DNA of 64,000 nucleotides from Blastocatellia bacterium (GCA_025057015.1 JANWYG010000008.1:88722-152721); one strand, 5' to 3'. Counted from the stretch's first letter, positions 1 to 9,667 are shown. The notes: generated by a model from the sequence alone, not told the origin. Made by a program: numbers and translations.

Positions 1-2
1 CA

Positions 3-602
3 GACCGCTATGATCCTGAGACAAAAGTTACTTTGATGACAGTTCACAGCGCAAAGGGGCTTGAGTTTCCTGTGGTCTTTCTAGTGGGGCTGGAGCAAGG
101 TTTATTTCCAAACGGTCGCGCTATGAGTAGCTTTGCTGAGCTGGAAGAGGAGCGGCGGCTTTGCTACGTGGGTATAACTCGCGCAGAGCGATATCTCTAT
201 CTTACGCATGCCGCTGTGCGGCGCCTGTACGGCGATGTACGTCAATCTGAACCATCGCAATTTCTTGCCGAGATGCCCTTGGATTTACTTGAGGATTTTT
301 CTTATGGAGATAGTTGGTTGAAACAGCGGTTGCGCAAGGCTCATAGAGCGGCTATAAGAGCACAAATTTGCTCTTCAGCTGAAGAGCCTGTCAAGAGTGA
401 ACTAGGACAAGTAAGCGAAGGTGAGCCAGATCAGATAAGGAAGAGGTTTTCTCCTGGTACGTATGTCAGACATCCGAAGTATGGGTATGGTATGGTGCTA
501 AGGCGCGAAGGTGAAGGTGAGTCGGCCAAATTGCTGGTTTCTTTTTCTGGTTATGGTCAGAAGAAGCTAGTCGAGAAACTTGCAGATTTAGAAAAAGCTT
601 AG
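3..602 (+). CDS. UvrD/PcrA-family SF1 DNA helicase, C-terminal fragment (5' end outside window)
   Basis: Reading frame is open to the window edge. DRYDPETKVTLMTVHSAKGLEFPVVFLVG...RLCYVGITRAERYLYL matches helicase motifs V/VI of UvrD/Rep/PcrA. Stop at 600-602. Confidence 0.85.
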   Translation, partial: DRYDPETKVTLMTVHSAKGLEFPVVFLVGLEQGLFPNGRAMSSFAELEEERRLCYVGITRAERYLYLTHAAVRRLYGDVRQSEPSQFLAEMPLDLLEDFSYGDSWLKQRLRKAHRAAIRAQICSSAEEPVKSELGQVSEGEPDQIRKRFSPGTYVRHPKYGYGMVLRREGEGESAKLLVSFSGYGQKKLVEKLADLEKA

Positions 603-811
603 AGCTTTGGTCTTCATAAAGTATCTTTCTGGCATTAATGGCTGAAGAAGCCAAGGAGAGGAGTTTAAAGATTCTTATATCTACTTGCTGCTACTTGTTT
701 TAGCTGTTTGGTTTAGTAGGACTGAGCAGCTTTCATGGAGCAAGTCGGTACCGATGTGTAGCAGGTAGGCTGAAGAGTTTTTGCCAAATGAAGCAGTGGT
801 TTTGATTTGAG

Positions 812-1192
812 CTACTGCTGATCGAGTACTGGTACAGGGCGGCGGTTTTCATCTACTGCCACGTACACCACTTCAGCTTCGGTAACTTCTACTCGCTCGT
901 AGGCGCCTACAAGTCGTTCAGCTTCTACGTTGACTTTGACAGTAATCGAAGTACGCCCTATCTTCTTCGTTTCGGTATAAAAGCTTACTATGTCGCCTAC
1001 GAACACCGGTTTATGGAAGATGACTTCGCGCATCGCCACTGTGACTATTCGGTGGCGGGTGTGTTTTTGAGCTTCGATGCCGCCAGCAAGGTCAATATAG
1101 CTAAGTAGCACACCGCCGAAGATAGTGCCGAAGGCGTTTGTATCTCTCGGCATCATTGCAACGCGGATCGAGGGATTGCGGAAATTGGTCAA
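812..1192 (-). CDS. acyl-CoA thioesterase, YciA-like hotdog fold
   Basis: 126 aa. [26 protein letters not shown] and [18 protein letters not shown] align with the YciA/Acot family. Start lies 2 nt after the upstream AAA gene stop. Confidence 0.8.
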   Translation of the reverse strand: MTNFRNPSIRVAMMPRDTNAFGTIFGGVLLSYIDLAGGIEAQKHTRHRIVTVAMREVIFHKPVFVGDIVSFYTETKKIGRTSITVKVNVEAERLVGAYERVEVTEAEVVYVAVDENRRPVPVLDQQ

Positions 1193-1194
1193 TT

Positions 1195-2973
1195 TTACCT
1201 CACATATGGACGTAGTTGTTCTATTCTTGCTGCTAATTCGGCAGCAGACATGTTTTTGTATGCTTCGGGCAACATTTCTTTTGAAGTTGATTCTCGCACA
1301 GCCACAAGAGTCTGATATTCTACGGCGGTTTCATCTCTTGCAGGGGTAAATTCTGAAGCGACGCTGTTAAGATCTTCTTGAGTGACTACTTTGCGGCCTG
1401 CGTTTCTGGCGACGCGTCTGCATCTGATGAGTATAGATTCTATGTCTGCGCCGGATAATCCTTGTGAGTTTTTAGTGATCGGTGTCCAGTCACTGATGGT
1501 ATGTTCTATCTTGTTTTTCTTTATCATAGCCTCAGTTATAGCTAGTCGATCTTCTTCAGTTTCTGGGTAGAAGAGCGAGATATGCTCTTCGCATCGGCCT
1601 TGCCTCTTCAAATCTATTGGAAGTAAGTCTGGTCGGCAGGTCATCAAGATCCAGAGAATCCTGCCTCGGTTTTCAGTATTGCCCATGGCATTGGCTATCT
1701 TTGAGAAGATCCGGGCGTCTACGCCACTATCACCGCCACCCGTATCGCGAGTTCCTAGTGTGGCGTCGGCTTCATCTATCAGCACTACTATAGGGGCTAA
1801 GGTTGTTAGCAGATTGAGGATCTTTTCGAGGTTAGCTTCGGTAGAGCCAACCCATTTTTCTCGGAAATTTTTGAACTCTATTACGTTCAGACCGCAATCT
1901 TTGGCAAAACATTCGGCTAAAAATGTCTTCCCTGTGCCGACAGGACCAGAGATCAGAATTCCCATTGGGGCTTCTTCGGTTATACCTTCTCGTATAATCT
2001 TAGCTATATTGCTTAGCATTTCCTTTGCCTTAGTCATTCCTCCCACGTGTTCTAGACCATACTTCGGAGTAACGAACTCTACTAGACCGACACACTCTCC
2101 CTCGATTATTTCCTTTTTCTTGTTACGGACTATCTCGTATGTCAGGCCTTCACGACTAGCTGAGGCACTGCGGATCATGGACTGGATATGTAGTCTGTTC
2201 AAGCCGGAGGACATGTGAGCTAGTTGCTCTTCGTTCATCTCGAAGTTGATGGCCGGATTCGTAGCTCTGAAGTAACGGATGTAGTTGAGTCGCTCGTTGA
2301 AGTCGGGGTAAGTAACTTCTATCTTAACGAGTCGGGGATTATCGCGTAATCGCGGGTTTATGTCGGAGACGTTTTCTGTGATAAAAATTATGAGGTTGTT
2401 TGCAGGTTTATCTTGAGTGGTAGTGATCCATTTCTGGAAAGTTACAAGGAGGTTTCTATCCTCACTTGACATATAGGCTACTTCGGTAGCGGGCATTATC
2501 GATTCTAGGAAGTTGATGACTATGGCACAATCGCCGAGCATATCTTGTTCGGACTTGTCATTTCTCCATTGTTCGTAGAAGAAGTATTCTAGGTAAGGTA
2601 TAGCTCTGCTGGGATCACGCGGCAAGACCGGGGGGAGAGTTTGTTGCTTTCGCTGTAGCGGATCGAGCACGCGTTGGTCGGCAACGAAAGCTCGTTCGAG
2701 TTCGAACAATAGTTCTTTCTTGCTCGGTTGTATGCCGTTACTACGATTATAAAGAAGGAAGTTTCTATCTTTTAGTAAATAACCTAAGAATGCTACGAGG
2801 TTGACATAACTGTTTTTGAGCCAGACATAGTCGTAGATGTTGTTGTATAGTAAAAAGCGGCTAGCTTCACCTGAATTGTACTTTTTAACAAGTTTAGCTG
2901 CCCAAGTGGGTAGCTGTCGAATTTCGTCCTCATTTCCGCCAAGCAACTTCTTGCGTTCTGCGAAGTTCATCAT
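1195..2973 (-). CDS. classical (SRH-type) AAA ATPase with a ~320-aa non-catalytic N-terminal region
   Basis: 592 aa. Walker [13 protein letters not shown] and Walker B VVLIDEAD are present. [22 protein letters not shown] resembles the FtsH/Cdc48/Vps4 second region of homology. No P-loop in the first ~320 aa. Confidence 0.85.
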   Translation of the reverse strand: MMNFAERKKLLGGNEDEIRQLPTWAAKLVKKYNSGEASRFLLYNNIYDYVWLKNSYVNLVAFLGYLLKDRNFLLYNRSNGIQPSKKELLFELERAFVADQRVLDPLQRKQQTLPPVLPRDPSRAIPYLEYFFYEQWRNDKSEQDMLGDCAIVINFLESIMPATEVAYMSSEDRNLLVTFQKWITTTQDKPANNLIIFITENVSDINPRLRDNPRLVKIEVTYPDFNERLNYIRYFRATNPAINFEMNEEQLAHMSSGLNRLHIQSMIRSASASREGLTYEIVRNKKKEIIEGECVGLVEFVTPKYGLEHVGGMTKAKEMLSNIAKIIREGITEEAPMGILISGPVGTGKTFLAECFAKDCGLNVIEFKNFREKWVGSTEANLEKILNLLTTLAPIVVLIDEADATLGTRDTGGGDSGVDARIFSKIANAMGNTENRGRILWILMTCRPDLLPIDLKRQGRCEEHISLFYPETEEDRLAITEAMIKKNKIEHTISDWTPITKNSQGLSGADIESILIRCRRVARNAGRKVVTQEDLNSVASEFTPARDETAVEYQTLVAVRESTSKEMLPEAYKNMSAAELAARIEQLRPYVR

Positions 2974-2986
2974 CGCGAGCTCCTGA

Positions 2987-3811
2987 TTAACTAGCAGTTT
3001 GTCGGTATTGCCGATTAAGAGTAGGGTTACTTAGCTCTTTATCCATCGAGTTTAGTTTACCGATCATTGGGGAGGTTTCTTCGAGAATAGCTTTGGTGAA
3101 CTCTATGCTGGAGAGAAGGGACTCGAAGTCTAGCGAGGAGATATTTTCAGGAGTGGGCATAGTAACGACTTGATCATTTACTAATCCGAAGAAGTTTTCT
3201 ATTGACTGCAGTTGAGCTTCTACGTGTTTGATACTTTTTTCTATGTCGTCAAAAGTTTTCAAGCGCTGGCGCAGTATATCGAGATTGCGTTCAAGCAATT
3301 GGCGAGTAGTGTTGTCGCTTGATAGAAGCTGGCGTTCAATCTGCATTATCTGATTTTGGACTACTTGTCTGTTTATGCTGCGTAAGTGGTTTTTGCGTCT
3401 GCGGTACATGTCAAGAAGATCCACGAAGGCTTCCCACATAGTTTGCAAGTTAGACTCTATCTGTGGGGGCACATCTTTTGAGTTAGTAAATTTCTTGTAA
3501 TTCGAGCAGATCTGGCCGCGTAGCCAGCGCAGATACTCTACCGCTTCGCGCTCGCGAGGGTCGAACGTCTTTATCAGCTCTTGTCGTTGTAGCTCCCGTT
3601 GCTCGCGTAGTCTGTTGCGTTCGCGATTTTCCACGATACGCCTGTAAAATGAAGTTGTAGGTACTATGGCGAGGTATCCTACTTCTATTGCTGCTGCTAG
3701 TGCTAGAGGCGTGAGGTCTTGCATGTAGACCCCTACAGCTGTAAAAGCTACCATCGACCAGATGTTGATAGGCTCTTTCAGGGCCTCTTTGATGTAGTTG
3801 AACCTCTTCAT
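2987..3811 (-). CDS. membrane-anchored coiled-coil protein, family unknown
   Basis: 274 aa. Hydrophobic N-terminal segments (INIWSMVAFTAVGVY, LALAAAIEVGYLAIVP) are followed by a long charged helical region. It sits 7 nt after pspA and 13 nt before the AAA gene. Confidence 0.6.
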   Translation of the reverse strand: MKRFNYIKEALKEPINIWSMVAFTAVGVYMQDLTPLALAAAIEVGYLAIVPTTSFYRRIVENRERNRLREQRELQRQELIKTFDPREREAVEYLRWLRGQICSNYKKFTNSKDVPPQIESNLQTMWEAFVDLLDMYRRRKNHLRSINRQVVQNQIMQIERQLLSSDNTTRQLLERNLDILRQRLKTFDDIEKSIKHVEAQLQSIENFFGLVNDQVVTMPTPENISSLDFESLLSSIEFTKAILEETSPMIGKLNSMDKELSNPTLNRQYRQTAS

Positions 3812-3818
3812 ATCAGGT

Positions 3819-4544
3819 TTATTCTAAAGCTTTTGCGCGTTGTGGTGGAGCAAGCTGGCTTTCACTTAGACCGGGATCACTTATCAATCCCATTTGTCGT
3901 TTGTATGCTAGCAGTTGGTCTTGAGCTTGCATGTTGAGAGCCTCTTTTTCTATCTCCTGCATTTGTGCGTCGACGCTAGAGCTTGCCAGCTCCATCTTGG
4001 CACGGGCACGAGCTTCGCGTTCGGCTATCTTGTTGCGCATGTCTTCAAAAGTGCTTGCTGTATCGCCGACTTGGAAAGAGGTCATCATGCTGGCTATTTC
4101 TTCTTGCATCTTAGCGCGCTTACTTTCGTTAATCAATTGCATCGCTTCAGCCTGCCGGCGTCTCATCTCTAGCATGTAGTTATCGCGAAACTTGAGTGCT
4201 TGTTGGGAAGCTTTTTTGGCAACTTCAAGCTGCTCGCGAGCAGAATTTAGGGAGGCTTGTTTCTCTTGCATTATGGTTATATAGCTTGTAGCTATGTCAT
4301 CTCGTCCCATCTTGATAGCGGCCTTAATCTTGCTATCGAGGTCAACTACCTCGCGTTCAAGCTGCAAGACCTGCTTTTCTATCATCTTCTCTGTGGCCAT
4401 AACTTGCGCTACGTTATTGTTCATTTGTGGTATCTTGTCGCGCATGTCCCGAATGACCTGTTGCAAGATTAGCTCTGGATCCTCTGCCCTATCTACTATG
4501 CCGCCGAAAATAGACCTAAACAAGCGTTTAACCCTTTCCCACAT
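3819..4544 (-). CDS. pspA: PspA/IM30 family protein (phage shock protein A-like, ESCRT-III superfamily)
   Basis: 241 aa, all-helical. The N-terminus MWERVKRLFRSIFGGIVDRAEDPELILQQVIRDMRD parallels E. coli PspA (...[21 protein letters not shown]). GAGGAGG RBS lies 4-5 nt upstream. Confidence 0.85.
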   Translation of the reverse strand: MWERVKRLFRSIFGGIVDRAEDPELILQQVIRDMRDKIPQMNNNVAQVMATEKMIEKQVLQLEREVVDLDSKIKAAIKMGRDDIATSYITIMQEKQASLNSAREQLEVAKKASQQALKFRDNYMLEMRRRQAEAMQLINESKRAKMQEEIASMMTSFQVGDTASTFEDMRNKIAEREARARAKMELASSSVDAQMQEIEKEALNMQAQDQLLAYKRQMGLISDPGLSESQLAPPQRAKALE

Positions 4545-4569
4545 TATTCCTCCTCGATAGGCGAAATAG

Positions 4570-4575
4570 ATTATA
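4570..4575 (-). promoter_or_regulatory. candidate -10 box (TATAAT) for the pspA operon
   Basis: The minus strand reads TATAAT about 25 nt upstream of the pspA ATG. No convincing -35 box and no sigma-54 -24/-12 element in 4545-4622. Confidence 0.3.
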
Positions 4576-4622
4576 AGTCTAACATATAGAACTGGTCGAA
4601 ACTACTGAATTGTTGTATAAGA

Positions 4623-5894
4623 TTACCTTATTTCAGCTATGTCTTTTCTATAGTGCTTGCCTGGAAAGTCTATGGTACTTACTGCTTTATACGCCAGCTT
4701 TCTGGCTTCCTCGAGGGCTCTGTGCCTTGCTGTAACTGCAAGGACACGTCCTGCGGAAGTGACGTATCTGTTTTTTTCATCTAGCTTCGTGCCTGCATGA
4801 AAGATTCTAACTCCGTCTAGCTTTGTTGCTTCCTCTAGCCCTGAAATAATGTCCCCTGTGCGCGGCGTACCTGGATACCCTTCGGCGGCCATGACGACGC
4901 ACACAGTTGAGTCGCTGCTCCAGCAAGGCCTCACGGATTTAAGATCCTCATTCACTATAGCTTCTAGGATCTCCAGTAGGTCACTTTCTAGCCTCATCAG
5001 CACGGCTTGTGCTTCGGGGTCACCTAACCGGACGTTATACTCAAGCACGCGAGGACCTTCATCAGTGAGCATCAATCCTATGAAGAGCACTCCTCGGAAA
5101 GGTCTGCCTTCATCGGCCATGCCGGCAATTGTAGGCTCGGCTATTTTACTTATTATCTGCTCTAGGAGCTTGTCGGGTAGCATTCCTGCGGCAGAGTATG
5201 CTCCCATGCCGCCTGTATTTGGCCCTCTATTACCTTCGTAAGCTGCTTTATAGTCTTGAGCTAATGGCATAGGTAGGATGTCTTTGCCATCGCTGAAGAC
5301 TAGTAGTGATGCTTCTTGGCCTGAAAGATACTCTTCTATTACCAGCCTAGTACCTGCTGAGCCTAGACTTTTATCAATCATAAATCTTCGTATTGTAGCG
5401 AATGCTTCCTCGGCATCCTGAGCTATAACCACTCCTTTGCCAGCAGCAAGGCCATCAGCCTTTAGCACTACGGGGAAGCGGTATACTCCAGAGGAGATAA
5501 TGTCGAAGGCTGACTCGGGAGTCTCACAATAAGTGAAGTCCGCAGTAGGGATATGGTGTCTGGCCATGAATTCCTTTGCGAAGATCTTGCTTCCTTCTAG
5601 TTGTGCGGCGGCTTTTGTAGGACCTACTATACGGCGCTTACGGCGGCTGAAGGCATCTACTATCCCTGCTACGAGTGGGGCTTCAGGGCCTACTACCGTT
5701 AGGTCTATCTCTTCTTTGTCGGCAATTTCTGCTAGCTGGAGAGGATTTGAGGCGTCGACGTTAAGCAGAGTTGCTTGCTGAGCTATGCCGGCGTTTCCAG
5801 GGCTACAGTAGACTTTTGTTACGTTAGGGCTGGTTGCTAGCTTCCACACCAGGGCGTGTTCTCTTGCCCCTGAACCTATAACCAAGACTTTCAT
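4623..5894 (-). CDS. purD: phosphoribosylamine--glycine ligase
   Basis: 423 aa. MKVLVIGSGAREHALVWKL..., ATP-grasp core, full-length PurD architecture. Confidence 0.95.
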   Translation of the reverse strand: MKVLVIGSGAREHALVWKLATSPNVTKVYCSPGNAGIAQQATLLNVDASNPLQLAEIADKEEIDLTVVGPEAPLVAGIVDAFSRRKRRIVGPTKAAAQLEGSKIFAKEFMARHHIPTADFTYCETPESAFDIISSGVYRFPVVLKADGLAAGKGVVIAQDAEEAFATIRRFMIDKSLGSAGTRLVIEEYLSGQEASLLVFSDGKDILPMPLAQDYKAAYEGNRGPNTGGMGAYSAAGMLPDKLLEQIISKIAEPTIAGMADEGRPFRGVLFIGLMLTDEGPRVLEYNVRLGDPEAQAVLMRLESDLLEILEAIVNEDLKSVRPCWSSDSTVCVVMAAEGYPGTPRTGDIISGLEEATKLDGVRIFHAGTKLDEKNRYVTSAGRVLAVTARHRALEEARKLAYKAVSTIDFPGKHYRKDIAEIR

Positions 5895-5928
5895 AAAACC
5901 TCCCTGATACCGACTGGACGGCCCCTAG

Positions 5929-6813
5929 TTAAAGCTTCATAGGTACAGGGTTTTGAGGATCGGTATAGTCATAGAAGCCACGCCCGGTCTTTCGCCCATG
6001 CATTCCGGCTAGTACCATTCTTTTTAGCAGAGGCGGTGGAGCGAAGCGTTGTTCGCGAAACTCTTCAAACATTATTTCTGCTATGTAGTAGGTAGTATCT
6101 AGTCCGACAAAGTCCAGTAGCGTAAATGGGCCCATAGGATGCCCACATCCGAGCATCATACCGTTGTCTATATCTACAATTGATCCTACTCCTTCTTCGA
6201 GCGCACGTATTGCGTCAAGCAGATATGGTACCAGTAGCCGGTTTACTATGAATCCTGTTCTATCGGAAGTTCGTATGACAGTCTTGCCTATCTTGCTGCC
6301 AAAAGCTGCTACTTCGTCAAAGACCCCTTCATCAGTAACTAATGTCCTTACTGCTTCCAGAAGTTTCATAACTGGTACTGGATTGAAGAAATGTAGCCCT
6401 ACGAAGCGCTTCCTGCGTTCGGTGCCTACGGCCATCATCAGTTCAGTGATTGATAGCGAAGAGGTATTTGAAGCAAATATTGTTTCCGGTTTGCAGTAGC
6501 GGTCTAGCTTAGTAAACACTTCCTTCTTGGCATTTTTGTTTTCTATGATTGCTTCGATTATCAGATCGCAGTCGGAGAGTTCTTCAAGAGAAACAGTTCC
6601 TCGCAGGCGTGCCATCGTGGCTGACTTTCCTTCAGCGGAAAGTTTGCCTTTTTCTACAGACTTAGTAAGCGATTTGTCGATCGTGTTGAGCCCTTTGTCA
6701 AGTAGCTCTTGAGACATTTCGCAAACCGTAGTTTCATAGCCGGCTGTAGCACAAACCTGAGCTATGCCTGATCCCATAAGTCCGCAACCTATTACCCCTA
6801 TCTTGCTTATCAT
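5929..6813 (-). CDS. hbd: 3-hydroxyacyl/3-hydroxybutyryl-CoA dehydrogenase
   Basis: KIGVIGCGLMGSGIAQV Rossmann motif plus a 3HCDH C-terminal domain. I prefer the ATG at 6813 (GGAG 8 nt upstream) over the track start 6849, which would overlap the thiolase gene. Confidence 0.85.
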   Translation of the reverse strand: MISKIGVIGCGLMGSGIAQVCATAGYETTVCEMSQELLDKGLNTIDKSLTKSVEKGKLSAEGKSATMARLRGTVSLEELSDCDLIIEAIIENKNAKKEVFTKLDRYCKPETIFASNTSSLSITELMMAVGTERRKRFVGLHFFNPVPVMKLLEAVRTLVTDEGVFDEVAAFGSKIGKTVIRTSDRTGFIVNRLLVPYLLDAIRALEEGVGSIVDIDNGMMLGCGHPMGPFTLLDFVGLDTTYYIAEIMFEEFREQRFAPPPLLKRMVLAGMHGRKTGRGFYDYTDPQNPVPMKL

Positions 6814-6835
6814 ACCGATGTCTCCACATAAAAAG

Positions 6836-8020
6836 TTAAAGCGATTCAATTATTATGGCTATACCTTGGCCGCCACCTATGCAGGCAGTGGCAAGGCCAT
6901 AGCGGGCATTTCGCCGCTTGAGTTCATAAAGTAACGTCAGTATAAGACGAGCGCCAGATGCTCCCAGAGGGTGACCGAGCGCTATAGCACCGCCGTTGAC
7001 GTTTGTGCGTTCGCGTTCAAGTCCTAGTTCCTTTTCTACAGCTAAGTATTGTGCTGCAAATGCCTCGTTCACCTCGATAAGATCGATCTCGTCTAAGCGT
7101 AGACCAGCTTTTTCGAGCGCTTTTTTCGATGCTGGTACGGGCCCTATGCCCATTATTTGAGGATCAACACCAGCTACTGCCCAGGAGAGTATTCTACCCA
7201 TAGGCCGGTAGCCACGCTCGTCGGCAGTCTTTCTGGACGTGACTATCAGCGCACAGGCACCGTCTACTATTCCTGAAGCATTACCTGCCGTAACAAAACC
7301 GTCTTTTCCAAACGCCGGTTTGAGTTTAGCTAGAGCTTCTAGCGTAGTATCGGGGCGCATGTGGTCATCTTTGGCAAACAGTTCGACGCCTTTTTTGGTT
7401 TTTATCTCTACTGCAGAGATTTCTTCTTGAATACGGCCGCAAGCATAGCCGGCAGCTGCGCGCTGCTGGCTGAGTAGTGCGAACTCGTCTTGTTGTTCGC
7501 GCGTGATGCCGTATCTGCGAGCAAGATTTTCTGCCGTTTGGGCCATGTAATAACCGCAGTAGGAGTCAAACAAGGCTGCCATAAGAAGGTCTTCGAGTTG
7601 AGCATGACCGAGTCTATAGCCGCTTCGCGCTCCTCGCAATACATAAGGAGCTTGTGACATCGATTCCATGCCGCCGGCCAGAACCGTTGAAGCTTCTCCT
7701 AGCAAAATCAGTTGTGCGGCGCTGATGACTGCCTGAATGCCTGACCCGCACAGCCTATTGACCGTAAGTGCTGGTCTGTCAATAGGTATGCCAGCACGTA
7801 GTGCTACATGTCTTGCGCCGTATATAGCGTCTTGTGAAGTTTGAAGTGCGTTGCCGAAGATCGTATGGTCTATATGTTCGGCAGCTACGGAAGTTCTTTC
7901 TAAGGCTGCCCTTGCAGCCAACGCGCCTAGTTCGTTTGCGGTAAAGTCCTTGAACGCGCCGTTATACTCGGCCATAGGGGTTCTTGCACCGCCTATAAGT
8001 AGTACCTCTTTTTCCGGCAT
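6836..8020 (-). CDS. acetyl-CoA C-acetyltransferase / 3-ketoacyl-CoA thiolase (thiolase II)
   Basis: Active-site context [11 protein letters not shown]-terminal [17 protein letters not shown] and CIGGGQG. The [11 protein letters not shown] start at 8020 has a GGAG RBS. The track alternative is 8047. Confidence 0.9.
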   Translation of the reverse strand: MPEKEVLLIGGARTPMAEYNGAFKDFTANELGALAARAALERTSVAAEHIDHTIFGNALQTSQDAIYGARHVALRAGIPIDRPALTVNRLCGSGIQAVISAAQLILLGEASTVLAGGMESMSQAPYVLRGARSGYRLGHAQLEDLLMAALFDSYCGYYMAQTAENLARRYGITREQQDEFALLSQQRAAAGYACGRIQEEISAVEIKTKKGVELFAKDDHMRPDTTLEALAKLKPAFGKDGFVTAGNASGIVDGACALIVTSRKTADERGYRPMGRILSWAVAGVDPQIMGIGPVPASKKALEKAGLRLDEIDLIEVNEAFAAQYLAVEKELGLERERTNVNGGAIALGHPLGASGARLILTLLYELKRRNARYGLATACIGGGQGIAIIIESL

Positions 8021-8100
8021 AGCATGAGCTCCGATTTGGTTTTGCAATTCAAACTTATCAAAACAGTACGAATACGGTCAACCACGCAACCGCAGGGCTA

Positions 8101-8115
8101 TGGCAAAAAACTTGC
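8101..8115 (+). promoter_or_regulatory. candidate sigma-54 (-24/-12) promoter
   Basis: TGGCAAAAAACTTGC matches TGGCAC-N5-TTGC with exact GG-N10-GC spacing. It lies 54 nt upstream of the ATG at 8169, which has an AGGAG RBS at 8157-8161. Confidence 0.55.
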
Positions 8116-8168
8116 GGCTGGATCACGGCGTTTTGTAAAATAGGTTTAGATTCATTAGGAGCTTCCAT

Positions 8169-8540
8169 ATGGCAATCTGTCCTCAGTGCGGAGCTGAATA
8201 TCGCAAAGAGATACTACGTTGTGAGGATTGTGACAGGGACCTTGTTGAAGAACTCACGCCGGAAAATGCTATCTATGATACAAGCGAAGCGCGGTTTGTA
8301 GCTCTGAAAACCTTTGCTACCAGTGCAGAAGCCGAGATGGTGCAGGAGATCTTGACAAAAAATCAGGTGCGCTCTTTGTTACAGGGTGAGGCTTCTACTG
8401 ATATTTTTCCAAGTACAGCCGTGTCGGTTGTACTTCTTGTAGACGAACGAGATCTGGCTAAAGCTTCAGAACTCGTCGAAGCTTACTTTGAAACTGAGTT
8501 GGAAGAACCGCTTGATGGTAAGGAAGACCAAGAGACATGA
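8169..8540 (+). CDS. zinc-ribbon protein with a DUF2007-like (putative signal-transducing) domain
   Basis: 123 aa. CPQCGAEY...CEDCDRDL zinc ribbon followed by a small alpha/beta domain and an acidic tail. 4-nt ATGA overlap with cutA. Confidence 0.6.
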   Translation: MAICPQCGAEYRKEILRCEDCDRDLVEELTPENAIYDTSEARFVALKTFATSAEAEMVQEILTKNQVRSLLQGEASTDIFPSTAVSVVLLVDERDLAKASELVEAYFETELEEPLDGKEDQET

Positions 8541-8857
8541 AGGGGGAATTGGTAGTCTTTGTTACGATCGATAGTGAACAGGCTGCTGTTAGTATGGCTG
8601 AGACGTTAGTGAACGAACGCTTAGCTGCATGCGTTAACATTGTTGCCGTGAAGTCCGTCTATAGGTGGCAGGGGAATGTGGTTAAGGATGAGGAGTGGCT
8701 TCTAATCATCAAGACCGATGAAAAGCGCTACGAAAGACTTGAGAGTACTGTAAAAGGTTTGCATTCCTACACTACTCCGGAAGTTATAGCCTTGAGAATA
8801 GAAAAGGGCTCACAGCAGTATCTTGAATGGTTGAGGGATTCTCTTGAGGGAAAGTAG
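8537..8857 (+). CDS. cutA: divalent-cation tolerance protein CutA
   Basis: 106 aa. LAACVNIV...VKSVYRWQGNV...DEEWLLIIKT...LHSYTTPEVIAL...YLEWL is the CutA1 pattern. Confidence 0.85.
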   Translation: MKGELVVFVTIDSEQAAVSMAETLVNERLAACVNIVAVKSVYRWQGNVVKDEEWLLIIKTDEKRYERLESTVKGLHSYTTPEVIALRIEKGSQQYLEWLRDSLEGK

Positions 8858-9575
8858 GACAGGGCCATTATCAAACAGAACAACAGACGTCGAGGGTATG
8901 CTTCTTGATGTGGAGTTGCTTGTCAAGTACCGGTTCATAGACCGAGCTATCAGTACCCTCGAGTACGCACTGCAATTTTATCCAAAGAACGTAGCGTTGC
9001 GGGAAAAGCTATGTGAAATCTGTATAGATAATAACCTCGTTGAGAAGGCGGCTGAACACCTGGTAGCGCTGTCGACAATTTACGCCGAGAACGGCGATTT
9101 AGAGCAGGCTAACTCTTACTTGGTACAGGCTAAAGCTCTCAGCCCGCATGCTTCATCAATAGTAGCTAGAGTAGAAGCTCTACGGCGTGTTGCTGTTCGT
9201 AGCAGGATAGCAGCGGAGCCACAGCCGCAAGATCAATCAATCAAGGTGCTTGCCGGAGATTTGTCGAGCATCAGTTTGTTTGATGTAATTCAGATTATAG
9301 AAAATAGCCGCCTGAACTGTGTTTTAAACATCGAGTCTGACAAATCTGTGGGGCAGATATATTTCAATTCCGGACAAATAGCTGATGCAAGGATAGAGGA
9401 TCTGTGTGGAAATGCTGCTTTTCGGCAGTTTTGTCAGCTTGAAGGTGGTAGGTTTGAAGTTGAACGTTCCTTTGTAGAATTCAAACAGACAATTACTGCT
9501 CCAAACAATACTAACCTGATATTAGATATGCTACGTGAAATAGATGAAGAAAGACGCGACAGAGGGTTGTTCTAA
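8844..9575 (+). CDS. DUF4388 (PatA-N-like) domain protein with a TPR-like N-terminal region
   Basis: GDLSSISLFDVIQIIENSRLNCVLNI...GQIYFNSGQIADA...GNAAFRQF is the DUF4388 signature. The TTG start at 8844 has GAGGG 6 nt upstream. Alternative ATG at 8898. Confidence 0.7.
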   Translation: MRESRTGPLSNRTTDVEGMLLDVELLVKYRFIDRAISTLEYALQFYPKNVALREKLCEICIDNNLVEKAAEHLVALSTIYAENGDLEQANSYLVQAKALSPHASSIVARVEALRRVAVRSRIAAEPQPQDQSIKVLAGDLSSISLFDVIQIIENSRLNCVLNIESDKSVGQIYFNSGQIADARIEDLCGNAAFRQFCQLEGGRFEVERSFVEFKQTITAPNNTNLILDMLREIDEERRDRGLF

Positions 9576-9638
9576 CAGCTTTCTTGGTCGTGTTGTTGCG
9601 TAGGCAGAGCAGCTTGCTGATGACTTAGCGGTGTTCCC

Positions 9639-9667
9639 TTGACAAGGACGGAGAAGGAGCTAAGAAT
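9639..9667 (+). promoter_or_regulatory. candidate sigma-70 promoter for the clpA-like gene
   Basis: TTGACA (9639-9644), 16-17 nt spacer, then TAAGAAT (9661-9667). About 95 nt upstream of the ATG at 9761. Confidence 0.4.

Noticed and set aside
1679-2218. Long antisense ORFs inside confident genes. Examples: 1679-2218 in the AAA gene, 12315-12731 opposite sixA, 14884-15324 opposite CPBP, 31322-31666 opposite boxC, 37501-37905 opposite the kinase, 59589-59966 opposite obg.
   Set aside because: They are Ser/Pro/Arg-rich and low-complexity, lack RBSs and sit fully within genes with strong family signatures. They are typical shadow ORFs.
4545-4622. Searched for a sigma-54 -24/-12 promoter upstream of pspA, as in the E. 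coli psp operon
   Set aside because: No GG-N10-GC element is present on the minus strand. Only a TATAAT box was found.
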